In this document: positions 13,096 to 24,946 of the stretch, one piece after another
How positions within the stretch are numbered: the stretch's first letter is position 1
How the letters are laid out: each line of letters opens with the position of its first letter
DNA from: Octopus sinensis
Taxonomy: Eukaryota
Reading direction: 5' to 3'
Assembly (NCBI RefSeq): GCF_006345805.1
Contig: NC_043006.1
Span: 65,348,001 to 65,412,000 of the forward strand
Length of the DNA stretch: 64,000 nt
The notes under the pieces: generated by a model
Seen by the model: only the letters and a program-made list of their open reading frames with translations
Told to the model about the DNA's origin: nothing
Database searches by the model: none
Translations under genes and position numbers: made by a program

Positions 13096-13489
13096 GTGTA
13101 TATATATATATATATCATCATCATCATCATTTAGCGTCCGTTTTCCATGCTAGCATGGGTTGGACGGTTCTACTGGGGTCTGTGAAGCCAGAAGGCTTCA
13201 TCAGGCCCAGTCAAATCTGGCAGTGTTTCTACGGCTGGATGCCCTTCCTAACGATATATATATATATATATATATATATATTACTACCAGTATAATTACC
13301 TATGTTAACCCTGGGCATACATATGCAACCATATCATGCTCAAAGGATACAGGCAATGATGAAGATAAACATGAGTTTATCAGGAATCAAATTTAAAGTA
13401 TACAGAAAATGAAGAAATATTGATCGACAACAATTGACTAACATCAATTATTAGTTTTTAATACAAATAGACTTTATATATATATATAT

Positions 13490-14335
13490 ATGCGCTGAAA
13501 GTGTAGCTGCTAGAATAAGAATAGCCTGGGCAAAGTTCAGAGAGCTCCTACCTCTGCTGGTGACAAAGGGCCGCTCGCTCAGAGTAAAAGGTAGACTGTA
13601 TGACGCTTGTGTAACAAACAGCCATGCTACATGGCATTGGAACATGAGTCGTGACTACTGAGGACATGCGTAAGCTCACAAGGAATGAAGCCAGTATGAT
13701 CCGATGGATGTGTAATGTCAGTGTGCATACTCGACAGAGTGTAAGTACCTTGAGAGAAAAGTTGGACCTAAAAAGCATCAGATGTGGTGTACAAGAGGGA
13801 CAACTGCACTGGTATGGTCATGGGGCAAGAATGGATGAGGATAGCTGTGTGAAAAAGTGCCACACCCTAGTGGTTGAGGGAACCTGTGGAAGAGGTAGAC
13901 CCAGGAAGACCTGGGATGAAGTGGTGAAGCACGACCTTTGAACATTAGGCCTCACCAAGGTAATGACTAGTGACCGAGACTTTTGGAAATATGCTATGCT
14001 TGAGAAGACCCGGCAAGCCAAATGAGACCATAACCTTGTGGCCTATGCGTACCTTTCCTTCATTGGACACTAAACTCTGCTTGTGAAGACCTGTTGAGGC
14101 AAGTGAAATCGAAATCAAATTCGATGACTGGCATCTGTACTAGTGGGGCACTAATAGCACCACCCAAGCACGATTGTTGCTAGATCGGCTAACTGGCTGC
14201 TGTGCCAGCTGCATGTAAAAAGCACCATTTGAGCATGATCGTTACCAGTGTCACCTTACTGGCACTTGTGCTGGTGGCATGTGAAAAAACATTCAATTGA
14301 GGTCATTGCCAGTGCCGCTGGGCTGGCTCCTGTGT
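13490..14335 (+). mobile_element. RTE LINE 3' fragment (RT C-terminus plus 3' UTR)
   Basis: Translation gives RIRIAWAKFRELLPLL..RWMCNVSVH..LHWYGHGARMDEDSCVKKC..GRGRPRKTWDEVVKHDL, followed by UTR with GTAAAAAGCACC modules. Confidence 0.9.
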
Positions 14336-14339
14336 TGGT

Positions 14340-14855
14340 AAATGAACTTTGTTAAAGTTTATTCAGTATTGGTTTGAATTTTTGAAGGAATATATTTTCT
14401 TTGTGTACCTGTGCTTGATCTGTTGTATTGTCTGAACGAAGGTGAAGTAGGGAGACTTACAATATGAAAGACTTATTTTTTAAACATATGTCTATATATC
14501 CACTAAGTGGCATCTGCCTAGTACTGGGGGGCTCGTATTTGCTGATGGTGAATAGTTAATCTCTTTCTAAAAGTGAGTTTTGTTTGACCTATGTAATCCT
14601 CGTTATATTTTTACATTTACTCTTTTACTCTTTTACTCTTTTACTTGTTTCAGTCATTTGACTGCAGCCATGCAGGAGCACTACCCTTGGTCAAACTAAT
14701 TGACTCCAGGATTTATTCTTTGTAAGCCTACTACTTATTCTATTAATCTCTTATAGGGATGTTAACACACCAACATTGGTTGTCAAGCGATGGTGGAGGG
14801 ACAAACACAGACACACAAATACATACATACGTATATATATGTGTATATGTTTATG

Positions 14856-14887
<32 letters not shown>

Positions 14888-14901
14888 TATATATATACAC
14901 A

Positions 14902-14952
<51 letters not shown>

Positions 14953-15960
14953 GACAGACTTCTTTCAGTTTCTGTCAACCAAATCCACTCACAAGGCTTT
15001 GGTTGGCCTGAGGCTATAGTAGAAGACACTTGCCCATGATGTCATGTAGTGGGACTGAATCTGGAACCATGTGCTTCGGAAGCAAGCTACTTACTACACA
15101 GCCACTTCGGTGCCTATTAAGTTTTTTATGATAAAAATATTTTCTGTCTTCAATGAGGTTGAAACAAGTCCTGCAATTAGGGTGGCAACACATTTTGACT
15201 GTTGGTGTAGGGATTGTGGCAGGTGATACAGTGCTGGGGAGTAGTCTTTTGAGATATTTTGATTGTCTTTGGGTATTGATTATTTTGAGCATTTCAAGTG
15301 TTTGTTTCATTCTTGGGTCTTGTCTCAATAGTGGAATGTTCTGGTGGATAATGTTGCAAACTTCTGTATTTTTGGGGTTGTATAAAGAGTAGTGTATTGG
15401 GTGTATCTGAAGTGTTTTTTTGTTTGTCATAATTCTTAAATTATCTATTGCTTTGGCACACTCTCTTCCATTGATGGATATCATCTTTCAAGTAGTATTT
15501 GTTTTAATTCCTGGAGTCTTTTATTACAATTTCAAAATTTGAAACAATTGTGCAGATTCTTCTTGCTAGATTAAAAGGAATATTCGTCTGTCTACTTGTG
15601 TTTGGAGTGGCATTATGAGAACAGATATTGTTTAGAATCTGTTGGTTTTTTGTGATGAATGTCTGTTTCAATGCTTTTGTCTGTTTTGATGATTAGAATA
15701 ATCAGGAATGGTAGTTGAGTTTTACTATTTTCTATGATGAAGTTAATATTACTATTCATGCTGTTAATTAAGTTTTTGAAATCAATAAGATGGTTGAATG
15801 TGTACGTCCACAGAATCAGGCAGTCATCTAAGAAATGTTTTCAGTTTTCTAGTAAATATTTATGGAAGACCAAGCCATGTTTTAATTTAAATTGTTCATA
15901 TATCTGGACCTCTATGTATTCTATGACTAAATTGGTTTAAGCAGAGTGATTCATACATTT
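14340..15960 (-). mobile_element. Penelope-like element (PLE): RT C-terminal half, Cys linker and GIY-YIG endonuclease; 5'-truncated and split by a SINE at about 14622-15112
   Basis: Minus-strand translation gives NLVIEYIEVQIY, HFLDDCLILW (RT catalytic DD), NIPFNLARRICTIVS, RQSKYLKRLL..CCHPNCRTC. After the SINE it gives EDYIGQT..RKRLTIHHQQIR..KENIFLQKFKPILN (GIY-YIG C-terminal part). Confidence 0.88.
14622..15112 (-). mobile_element. SINE family A, full-length copy inserted in the PLE
   Basis: It is the reverse complement of the family consensus, with PLE coding sequence on both sides. Confidence 0.9.
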
Positions 15961-16029
15961 ATATATATAAGTGTATGAACACTCTGGCTTATGCCAATTT
16001 AGTCATAGCATACATGGAGGTTCAGATAT

Positions 16030-16250
16030 CAGCCGCTTTCTTCCATCCATTTTATCATATTGAACTGTTAATCCCTACACATTTTTTTTCTCTCTCTGTT
16101 TTTTCTATTCTCTCTCCATTTTCCCCTCTTAATCCTTTCTGTCAAAGAGCATAGGCTCGAAACATCAAATACTTTTCCATTCTTCTTGAGCATTAAACTA
16201 ATACACCTAGTTGTTGTTCCTTCACCTATCTTCATCTTTTGTTTTCATAT
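16030..16250 (+). mobile_element. PLE-type terminal repeat (pLTR-like), inverted relative to the adjacent PLE body; a second copy lies at about 1060-1160
   Basis: Both sites share the motif TCCTTTCTGTNNAAGAGCNNAGGCTCGAAAC (1121-1151 and 16133-16163). The position next to the PLE 5' end fits known inverted pLTRs. The family assignment is inference. Confidence 0.5.
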
Positions 16251-16374
16251 ATATATATATGTTTGTACCCACCTCGCCATTCTGAAAGAAAGAAAAAATG
16301 AAAAAATGAATGTTCAGTGCTCTATCTGGCAAAAACCTGTTCGCTGTGTCTTCTGTTCTTTTTTTTTTCAACTT

Positions 16375-16785
16375 GGGGTCACCAATTGTAACAGGATGGG
16401 TTATCGATTCACTGAAAGGGTGTCGATCCGATCCAGTCACATACAATTTTTGTAAGACAATACAGACGAAGTCAGGTTGTAGGTAAAAGACAGCAGTTTG
16501 TTTATTTATTGCGATGGCGTACGTGTGTCTGATGGGAGAAGGACAGCCTCTGATGTACAGCTTCTTGTTCGTTTTGTTGAAGAGGTTCGATGGTCGTTGG
16601 CGGCTAAGTCGGTGAGTTTATCAGAGCCTGTGAAATGTACGTCCGATCGCGTTGGCTGACTTGCCAGAGAGAATGATTTGAGTTTAGCGGGCCGAAGGGA
16701 TCGTTTCCCGCACATGCGCATGGGGAAGACTTCCGGTGGCCAGCCGGAAGTAGTCCCATTCTGCGCATGCGCGCTGAACCCTACA
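16375..16785 (-). mobile_element. LTR (about 399 bp, TGTA...TACA) followed by a primer-binding site; internal region missing (probable Ty3/Gypsy remnant)
   Basis: The minus strand starts TGTAGGG at 16785 and ends CCTGTTACA at 16387, with AATAAA inside. It is followed by AT-TGGTGACCCC (16384-16375), identical to the first 10 nt of the tRNA-Trp PBS (TGGTGACCCCGACGTGAT) known from avian retroviruses. The LTR is CpG-rich. Confidence 0.75.
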
Positions 16786-16830
16786 CAGTAGCATCACTAC
16801 AATGTTCTCTGATCAATGTTTTATATGTAT

Positions 16831-16865
<35 letters not shown>

Positions 16866-17474
16866 ACACCTATTGATATATATGCCAAAGCACACATCTT
16901 ACACTGCTGCCACTGAAGCAACCACCATTGTAGTGATCACCGCCCTCACCCACCACTTCTATGTGATTTTTCAAATTGCTACCTTCTGAGCAATTTTTTA
17001 ATCAATTTGTCTGTTTCAGTGCGTGTGTATGTATGTGTGTGTGTGCGTGTGTGTGTGTATACATATATGATTGATTGATTCTAGTTTCAGCTCACGAGCT
17101 GTGGCCGTGTGTGTATATACATGTATATATATATGTATATATATGTATACACACACACACACACATATATTGGTAAAAATGGTAAGATAACAAAAGAACG
17201 AAAGAGACCTCAAAATTATGTAAACAGAGGAATTTATCTGTAAATATAATATGTGACAATTATTCAGTAGCCAAGATAAAACTCTGAGTTTCGGCTGCTG
17301 AGGTGGAAATCCACACCACCATATCCGGCCATTGGAAAAACGCTATGAAAAAAACTGTTATATATATTAGAAGGTTTGGAGGTGATGTACAGGTATTATA
17401 TATTAGAAGAAATAAGGTACTCAGAAATCTGGATGGTTTTATATTTACAGATTTTTATTAATATGTCACTCTAG

Positions 17475-17860
17475 TAGACTCTTGCTTACAAACCACATGG
17501 TTCTGGGTTCAGTCCCACAGAGTGGCACCGTGGGCAAGTGTCTTCTACTATAGCCTCGGGCCAACCAAAGCCTTGTGAGTGGATTTGGTAGATGGAAACT
17601 GAAAGAAGCCTGTCATATATATGTATATATATGTATGTGTGCTTTTATGTTTGTGTGTCTGTGTTTGTCTCCCCACCATTGCTTGACAACCGATGCTGGT
17701 GTGTTTACGTCCCTGTAAGTTAGTGGTTCGGCAAAAGAGACCAATAGAATATGTACTAGGTTTACAAAGAATTAGTCCTGGGGTTGATTTGCTTGACTAA
17801 AAGGCAGTGCCCCAGCATGGCCACAGTCACGTGACTGAAACAAGTAAAAGAGTAAAAGAG
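17475..17860 (+). mobile_element. SINE family A copy
   Basis: It is colinear with the other copies. Confidence 0.88.
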
Positions 17861-18868
17861 TACATAACGATAAACAAGTACGGGACAAAATACTTCTCCT
17901 CAGTTGTCGACTGTTTATTACTCCCTATTTCATGCTTTCAACAACAAGATAGGTAAACTTCATAAAGCAGCAGCATCCAGAAATTTTAAAAGTATAAAAT
18001 TTGTGAAGAGTTAGGGCTTCGAACAAACAAATGACAGGGTGGACGTACAGAGTAAACAATCGACAAAAACAAATATTAAGGGCTGTTAAACCAAGAGCAC
18101 ATTTTAATGGGTAACGCCTGGGAGAAAGTTTGAAAGGATATAGAATAAATAGAAGAGAAGAAAATAGTAGAAGAGAGAAAAAGAGAGAAAAATGTCGGGA
18201 GACAAGGAAAAATGACATCCAGCTAAGTACGCGTAGCGTCCAAGAAAAAGAGAGAGTTGAGAAAAAAATGGCCTGTAGTCACATGGGAGCAAACAGGCAG
18301 AGGAGAAAGGAGACAGGAGAGAGGATGAGGGAAAGAAACAAAAGGGAGTGAGGAGACGGGAGAAGGAAGATAAGATATTAGGGAGTGGAAGAAAGATAGA
18401 CAGGGGACAGCAAAGAAGGAGGGGGAGAAACGGAAAATAAAGAGGATTATAGAGGGATAGAGAGAAAGAAAGAAAGAAAGAAAGAAAGAAGAAAGAAAGA
18501 AAAGGAACAGAGATTAGAGCCACAGAAATTATAAATAAAAGTAAAAACTTACTGTGGACAAGGCTGCGTGGTGTTTGATTATAAATAAATATAAAATACA
18601 TCAAGTACAGGACATCACCAACGAGTGAAAAATATGTAAACACATGAGAGATAAGTACAGGACAAAATACTAAAAAATACACAATAAGAACAGGACAGCC
18701 TCAACAAGTGAAAAGTATAAACGCAATGAGAGACAAGTATGAGACAAAATACCAAAAGAAATATAACCCTTCCTCAGTTGTTGAATGTTAATTACTCCCT
18801 GTTTTGAGCTTTCAATGACAAAATAGTAAACCTTCATAAAACAGCAGCATCCAGAAATTTAAATATAT

Positions 18869-18935
<67 letters not shown>

Positions 18936-18938
<3 letters not shown>

Positions 18939-19247
18939 TTACAGGCAATATAAATGCACCAGCGATGGTAAGGGGACAAACACAGCGCACACACATGCGA
19001 TGGTAAGGGGACAAACACAGCGCACACACACATCCACATATATAGATATAGTTATGTTTGCCGACTCCAATTATATATATATATATATATTATATATATA
19101 TAATTGAAAAAATTGGAGTCAGCAAACATAACTATATCTATATATGTGGATGTGTGTGTGCGCTGTGTTTGTCCCCTTACCATCGCATGTGTGTGCGCTG
19201 TGTTTGTCCCCTTACCATCGCTGGTGCATTTATATTGCCTGTAACTT
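18936..19247. repeat. Near-perfect inverted repeat, 137-bp arms around a 38-bp AT spacer
   Basis: 18936-19072 is the reverse complement of 19111-19247 with one substitution that I could see. Confidence 0.92.
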
Positions 19248-19517
19248 AGTAGTTTGGCAAAAGAGATTGATAGAATAATTACTAGGCTTACAAAGAATAA
19301 GTCCTGGAGTCAATTTCTTTGACTAAAACCCCTTAAGGTGGTGCTTCAACATGGCCACAGTCAAATGACTGAAAGAAGTGAAAAAGTAGAAGAATGTATG
19401 TAGTATATATATAATTAAATTAGGCAGTGTTTTAGCAATGAATCACCAAACTGGAAACTATAATTGTCATTAGATATGACAGAAGGTGTTAGAATACCTA
19501 CAATGCTAGGTGTTCTA

Positions 19518-19563
<46 letters not shown>

Positions 19564-20564
19564 GACTTCCTGTGCAACATTTTATGGTTGTTAGTCAATG
19601 TAATGTCACACACCCCACTTCTGTTCTCACTCAGAAGCACCCCACACAAAGTTCAATATTTGGTGCAAGATTTCCTTTCTTTTCTACCCATTTCTCTATC
19701 CTTCACCTATCTCCTCTTGTGCACAAAACCTTCTCCATCTGTTTCTATCTGTCTACTTATCTGCTGCCTTTCTCTCTTTACTACCTTCCATTTCTTCCTC
19801 TGTCCATCTCTGTCAACTACCCACTGTCTATCTTTATTCTCTTTTTTTCTCTGCACTCCTTCTTTCTTCCTACATGCTCTTCCCCAGCCCTCTCTCCTCC
19901 ACTCTGCTTCTCTTTCTTCACTTTTTGGTACCAAAAGACTATCCAATTTTTTATCATCCATCTTTTTCTACTTGACCAGTGTAAAGGTAAGATATGTATT
20001 TTGTTCCATCTCCTACCTAGCACTCACTTCAGACCCCCAGTTTACCCTTTCACGTTTCATTCTTTTCTTTCCTTCTATCTTTCTTCTCTTCAATCCCATC
20101 TTTCTATCTTTCTCCTGAGCATTCTCATTGTGCCTTTGGAACACAAGCACCACTATTTTCTTCCTTTTTTGTTAGTTTCCATCATGTAGTGCCCTACATT
20201 TTGAAATACTTGCAATTGGTATTTTTACTGCTTATGTTTTCTCTGCTTGATATATTTCCAAAATTAAACATTTTAATATGCAAAATATATTTTACATTAT
20301 TACATATACATTAATACAAAAAACATAGAGGGCTAAACATAGAGGGGGCAAAGAAGGACAGACAAAGGGATTAAGTCGATTATATTGACCCCAGTGTGTA
20401 ACTGGTACTTATTTAATTGACCCCGAAAGGATCAAAGGCAAAGTTGACCTTGGTGGAATTTGAACTCAGAACGTAACAGCAGATGAAATACTGCTAAGCA
20501 TTTCACCTGGTGTGCTAATGATTCTGCCAGCTTGCTGCCCTCAATGCAAAAAATATTGTGTTTA

Positions 20565-21044
20565 TTGACTATCTTCAAAATGATCACACCATCAATTGAA
20601 AGATCAATGCTAACTTGCTAAGGCAGTTATGAAAGGTTATCAAGACCCAACACCCAGAAAAACTGATGAATGGGGTCTTGTTTCATTAAGACAATACTTT
20701 GGCACACAAGTCCTTAGTTTTAGTGACTGCTGTGTGTGACTGGCTTTGAACTGGTTGATCACCCTCCCTATTTTAGGATTTGGTTCCATCTGGTCATCAT
20801 CTGTTTCCCAACACAGAAAAACACTCGGCTGGGCACCAGCATCACTGTGATGATGACATCTTATCTGCTGTTGGATGACCATTTTAACCAACAGAATAGT
20901 TTCTTCACCAATGCAATCCAAGCTCTGCAACTACTCATGGAAGTGTGTTGACAGCAAGAGGAACTATGTTAAAAAAGGAACTTCATTTGGTTACATTCCA
21001 TGAGAGTGTCTTGCTCAGCCTATGAACATTTCAGCCAACCCTCA
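20565..21044 (+). mobile_element. Mariner (DD34D-type) transposase C-terminal remnant with 3' TIR
   Basis: Translation gives IDYLQ..TIN..NLLRQL..LFH*DNTLAHKS..DHPPY..HLFP-like. It ends CAGCCAACCCTCATA. Confidence 0.75.
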
Positions 21045-21514
21045 TAATAATAAAAATTATTATTATACCTGCATTTGTTTTTTAATGCTAACATTGAAAA
21101 AATCACATTTGGACCTAGGTTTGCACCCCCTAACCAAATTTTATTTCTGGGCTCCTGTACAGCATTCTTACAAGATATCCACATTAAGTAGGATATATAT
21201 ATATATATATCCTACTTAATGCAAGCTGGCAGAAATGTTAGCACGCCGGGCGAAATGCTTAGTGGTATTTCGTCTGCTGTTATGTTGTGAGTTCAAATTC
21301 TGCCGAGGTCGACTTTGCCTTTCATCCTTTCGGGGTCGATAAATTAAGTACCAGTTATGTACTGGGGTTGATGTAATCGACTTAATCCCTTTGTCTGTCC
21401 TTGTTTGTCCCCTCTATGTTTAGCCCCTTGTGGGCAATAAAGAAATATATATATATATATTCATATATACATACACATATACATATATATGTATATACAC
21501 ACCCACACATACAG

Positions 21515-23275
21515 GCCCTCAGTCCATCAGGAATCATGATTGAGATGCTTAAAATATCTGTCAGAATGGGATATCACCTAGTTATTCATATAGTTAATCT
21601 GGTTGTCCATGTGGGAGTCATACCCAACAACTTGTGTAACAGTACCATAGTCAACAGCTACAAAAGTAAAGGTGATGCCTTAAACAGAAATAATTACAGA
21701 GGTATCAAATTGCTGGACCAGGTAATCAGTTACAGAGAGGATTATAGCTCAACTAATTAGGAAGAGGGTTAAAATAGATGAGATGCAGTTTGGTTTTGGG
21801 CCAGAAAGAAGTACAACTGATGCTAGATGCTTGGTAAAGAAACCGAGGGATAAGTATTTAGTCAAAAATAAACCTCTTTACTTGGCTTTTGTTGACATGG
21901 AGAAAGCATTTGACAGGGTCCTCAACTCCCTTATCTGGTGATCACCGTGGAAGCAAATGATAGATGAGTGGTTGGTGAGAGCTGCATACACTATGTAAAG
22001 GGATGCTGCCAGTAAGGTGAAGGTTGACAATCAGTATAATAATAAATTTAGTGTACATCTAGGCTCACAAAGGATCAGGCCTCAGCCCCTTCTTGTTTAT
22101 CATAGTCCTCCTGGCCATAATAAAGGAAGTCAAGACTGACTGCCCCCAGGAGTTCCTCTATGCTAATGACCTTGTTCTTATAGCTGAATCTCTACCTGAC
22201 CTAGAAAAGAAATTTCAGGTATGAAAGCAAGGTTTGGAATCTAAGGGCTTTAGAATCTTAGAATTAATTTAGCAGAGACCAAAGTCCTAATAAGTAGGAA
22301 AACAGACAAATCACAAGTCCCTTCAGGGTGATGGCTTTGTTCAATATGTAAGAATGGTGTTGATAGAAACTCCATATGTTGTATCTTAGTGCAAACTTTG
22401 GACACATAAGAGTTGTATCAATATCACAGGAATGTTAACAGAGAAAATAGTCTTTGTGTGTGGAAAATGTATGGGTACAGTAGGCACTAAGAATGCTCAG
22501 AGAATAGACATCCTCAAATGCTTGGGGGATCCTTAGAAGTGGTAGATAGCTTCTGTTACTTAGGTGACCAAGTTAGCAGTAGAGGAGAGAGTTCTGAAAC
22601 ATAGTTGCTAGAATAAGAACAGGCTGGGCAAGGTTCAGAGAACTCCTACTTTAGAAAATTACTATTTTAAAATCTCACGAGAGATATTCAGCAACAGTAC
22701 TTAGGAGTAGATTTTTGCCAACATAACATGGCAGTCCTGGTTACCGCAACATTCGTCCTAAAGTAGGACTGCCATGTTATGTTGGCAAAAATCTTAACTC
22801 CAGCTCCTACTTTGTTGGTAACTAAGGGTCTCTCCCCCAGAATGAAAGACAGATTGTATGATGCCTGTGTACATACAGCTATGCTACATGACAGTGAAAC
22901 ACGGGCTGTGACTATAGAGGACATGCAAAAGCTTGAAAGAAATGAAGCTAGCATATTCTGCTGGATGGGAAATGTCAGTGTGCACATACGACAGAGTTTA
23001 AATGATTTAAGAGGTAAACTGGTTATAAGAAGCATCAGATGTTGTGTTCAAGAGAGAAGACTGCACTGGTATGACCATGTAATCTGTATGAATGAGGAGA
23101 GCTGTTTAAACAAGTTCCAAATTCTATGAAGGGGTAAATCCAGGAAGGGATGAAGTGGTGAGAAAGGATCTTCAAATGTTGGGTCTCACTTAAGAAATGA
23201 ATCAAAGGGACCGGGACTTGTGGCAGTTTGCTGTACTTGAGAAAGCACATGAAGCTAAGTAAAAACCATTCATAC
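21515..23275 (+). mobile_element. RTE LINE RT fragment, degraded, interrupted by a ~150 bp insert at 22653-22803
   Basis: Translation gives SGIMIEMLKIS..NYRGIKLLDQ..AFVDMEKAFDRV..LYANDLVL (YADD-like)..FCYLGDQV..LHWYDHV. Confidence 0.9.
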
Positions 23276-23918
23276 AAGCATGTTCTTTATGGCTATACCA
23301 TCATTCCTTCTCCCAGCTGAGAGGTCTTTGTCATGCAAGTGCTGGTGCCATGTAAAATGCACTCATGTCGGTGCCGCATAAATGCAGCTGTGCCAGTGGC
23401 ACGTAAAAAGCACCCAACACATTCTGTAGAGTGGTTGGCATTAGGAAGATCATCCAGTGGTAGACACTATGCCATAACAGACAAATGGAGTCTGGTGCAG
23501 CTCTCAGGCTCGCCAGCTCCTGTCAAACTGTCCAACCCATGCCAGCATGGAAAATGGAGGTCAAATGATGAAAATGATGAAGAAATTCATTTGCTTTGAT
23601 TGGTTCAGGGCAGTAGTAGGAGATACTTGCCCAAAGTACCATGTAGTGAGATTGAACCTGAAACCACGTGCTTGGGAAGCAAACCTCTTAACCACACAAC
23701 CACACTTGCACCTACAAAATATTTTCAATTTGAGAATGGTATTTGCACCTTTTGGTTGTTGGTTGAGTGATTAAGAAGCTTGTTTCACCTCCACAAAGGT
23801 TCAGGATCAATCCCACAGCATGTTATCATATGCAAATATTTTCTACCATAGTCTTGGCGTTGACCAACGCCTGGAGAGTGAAATTTGGTAAACTGAAACT
23901 GAATGGTATACATAAATG

Positions 23919-24946
23919 CAGGAATACCTCAACTTACAGCAGTTATCAGTTCCAAGAACTGATTCAACTCAAAAATGATGTAACATGAAAAAGCTTAAAA
24001 AACTTATTAGCTTCATATTGTGTTTTAATAAATCATTTGTACATATTTTCACATGTATTTTATTTAGTTTTCCAATTCAGTGTTGGTTTTTTAGGTCTAT
24101 TTAACCCTTTAACATTTAAACCAGCTGTATCTGGATAAGATATTCTATCTGTCTTAGGTTCAAACTGGCCAAATCCTGCCTCTTACACCTACCCTACAAT
24201 GTCATTCTAAAAATAAACAGTCACATTACAAAAATCTCTAAGTCTTAAGAGTTGCTGAAGCAAGGAACAAACTACCTGCATCAGTTGATAGCAGCCAAGA
24301 CATCACATCCTTTAAAACCTCCATGCTTTCTGAAATTCGCCAATACTACACCTGATATTCCACCTTCCATACGCATGCTCACATGTATATCATGACTCAT
24401 ACACTGTTCATTTTCCTGACTTTTGTACATAATTCTATGTACTGTACATGCACCTTTGATGAGTTGTTGTGCACCTGAGCATTGTACACAATAATTTCAT
24501 TAGCATTATTCATTTTTTAATAAGGCAGCGAGCTGGCAGTATCATTAGCATACCGGGCAAAATGCTTGAGCAGTATTTCGCTTGTCTTTACATTCTGAGT
24601 TCAAATGCTACTGGGGTCGACTTTGCCTTTCATCCTTTCAAGGTCGATAAATTAAGTACCAGTGGAACACTGGGGTTGATGTAATCGACTGGTCCCCTCC
24701 CCCAAAATTTCAGGTCTTGTGCCTATAGGAGAAAGGATTATTCAGTTTTTAATGCATTAATAATTCTAAACAATGTAAATAAATAAACAAAACATTTGAC
24801 AGAATAACCCAAATGCTAAAGAGTTAAAATTTTTATGTTTTTAAACGTCAACTGAAGTTGATATTTGGCTTCTCCATTAATTTGTTAAAAAAAAAAGCAT
24901 GTCAAGTCAAAATAGATGAAACGACGTAAGTTAAGGTATGCCTCTG
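23919..24946. mobile_element. Tigger-like MITE carrying nested insertions
   Basis: Ends CAGGAATACCTCAACTTAC and GTAAGTTAAGGTATGCCTCTG are approximately inverted. The flanks are TG rather than TA. Confidence 0.5.
24105..24823 (+). mobile_element. TTAA-flanked (piggyBac-like) MITE, split by CR1 and SINE insertions; other copies at about 4010-4235 (minus) and 56925-57090 (partial)
   Basis: It runs TTAA-CCCTTTAACATT ... AATGCTAAAGAG-TTAA. The internal sequence (CCTACAATGTCATTCTAAAAATAAAC) is shared with the other copies. Confidence 0.65.

Noticed and set aside
18104-20189. Hydrophobic F/L/S-rich ORFs of 190-240 aa that look like membrane proteins
   Set aside because: They come from low-complexity polypyrimidine/polypurine tracts and have no recognisable domain.
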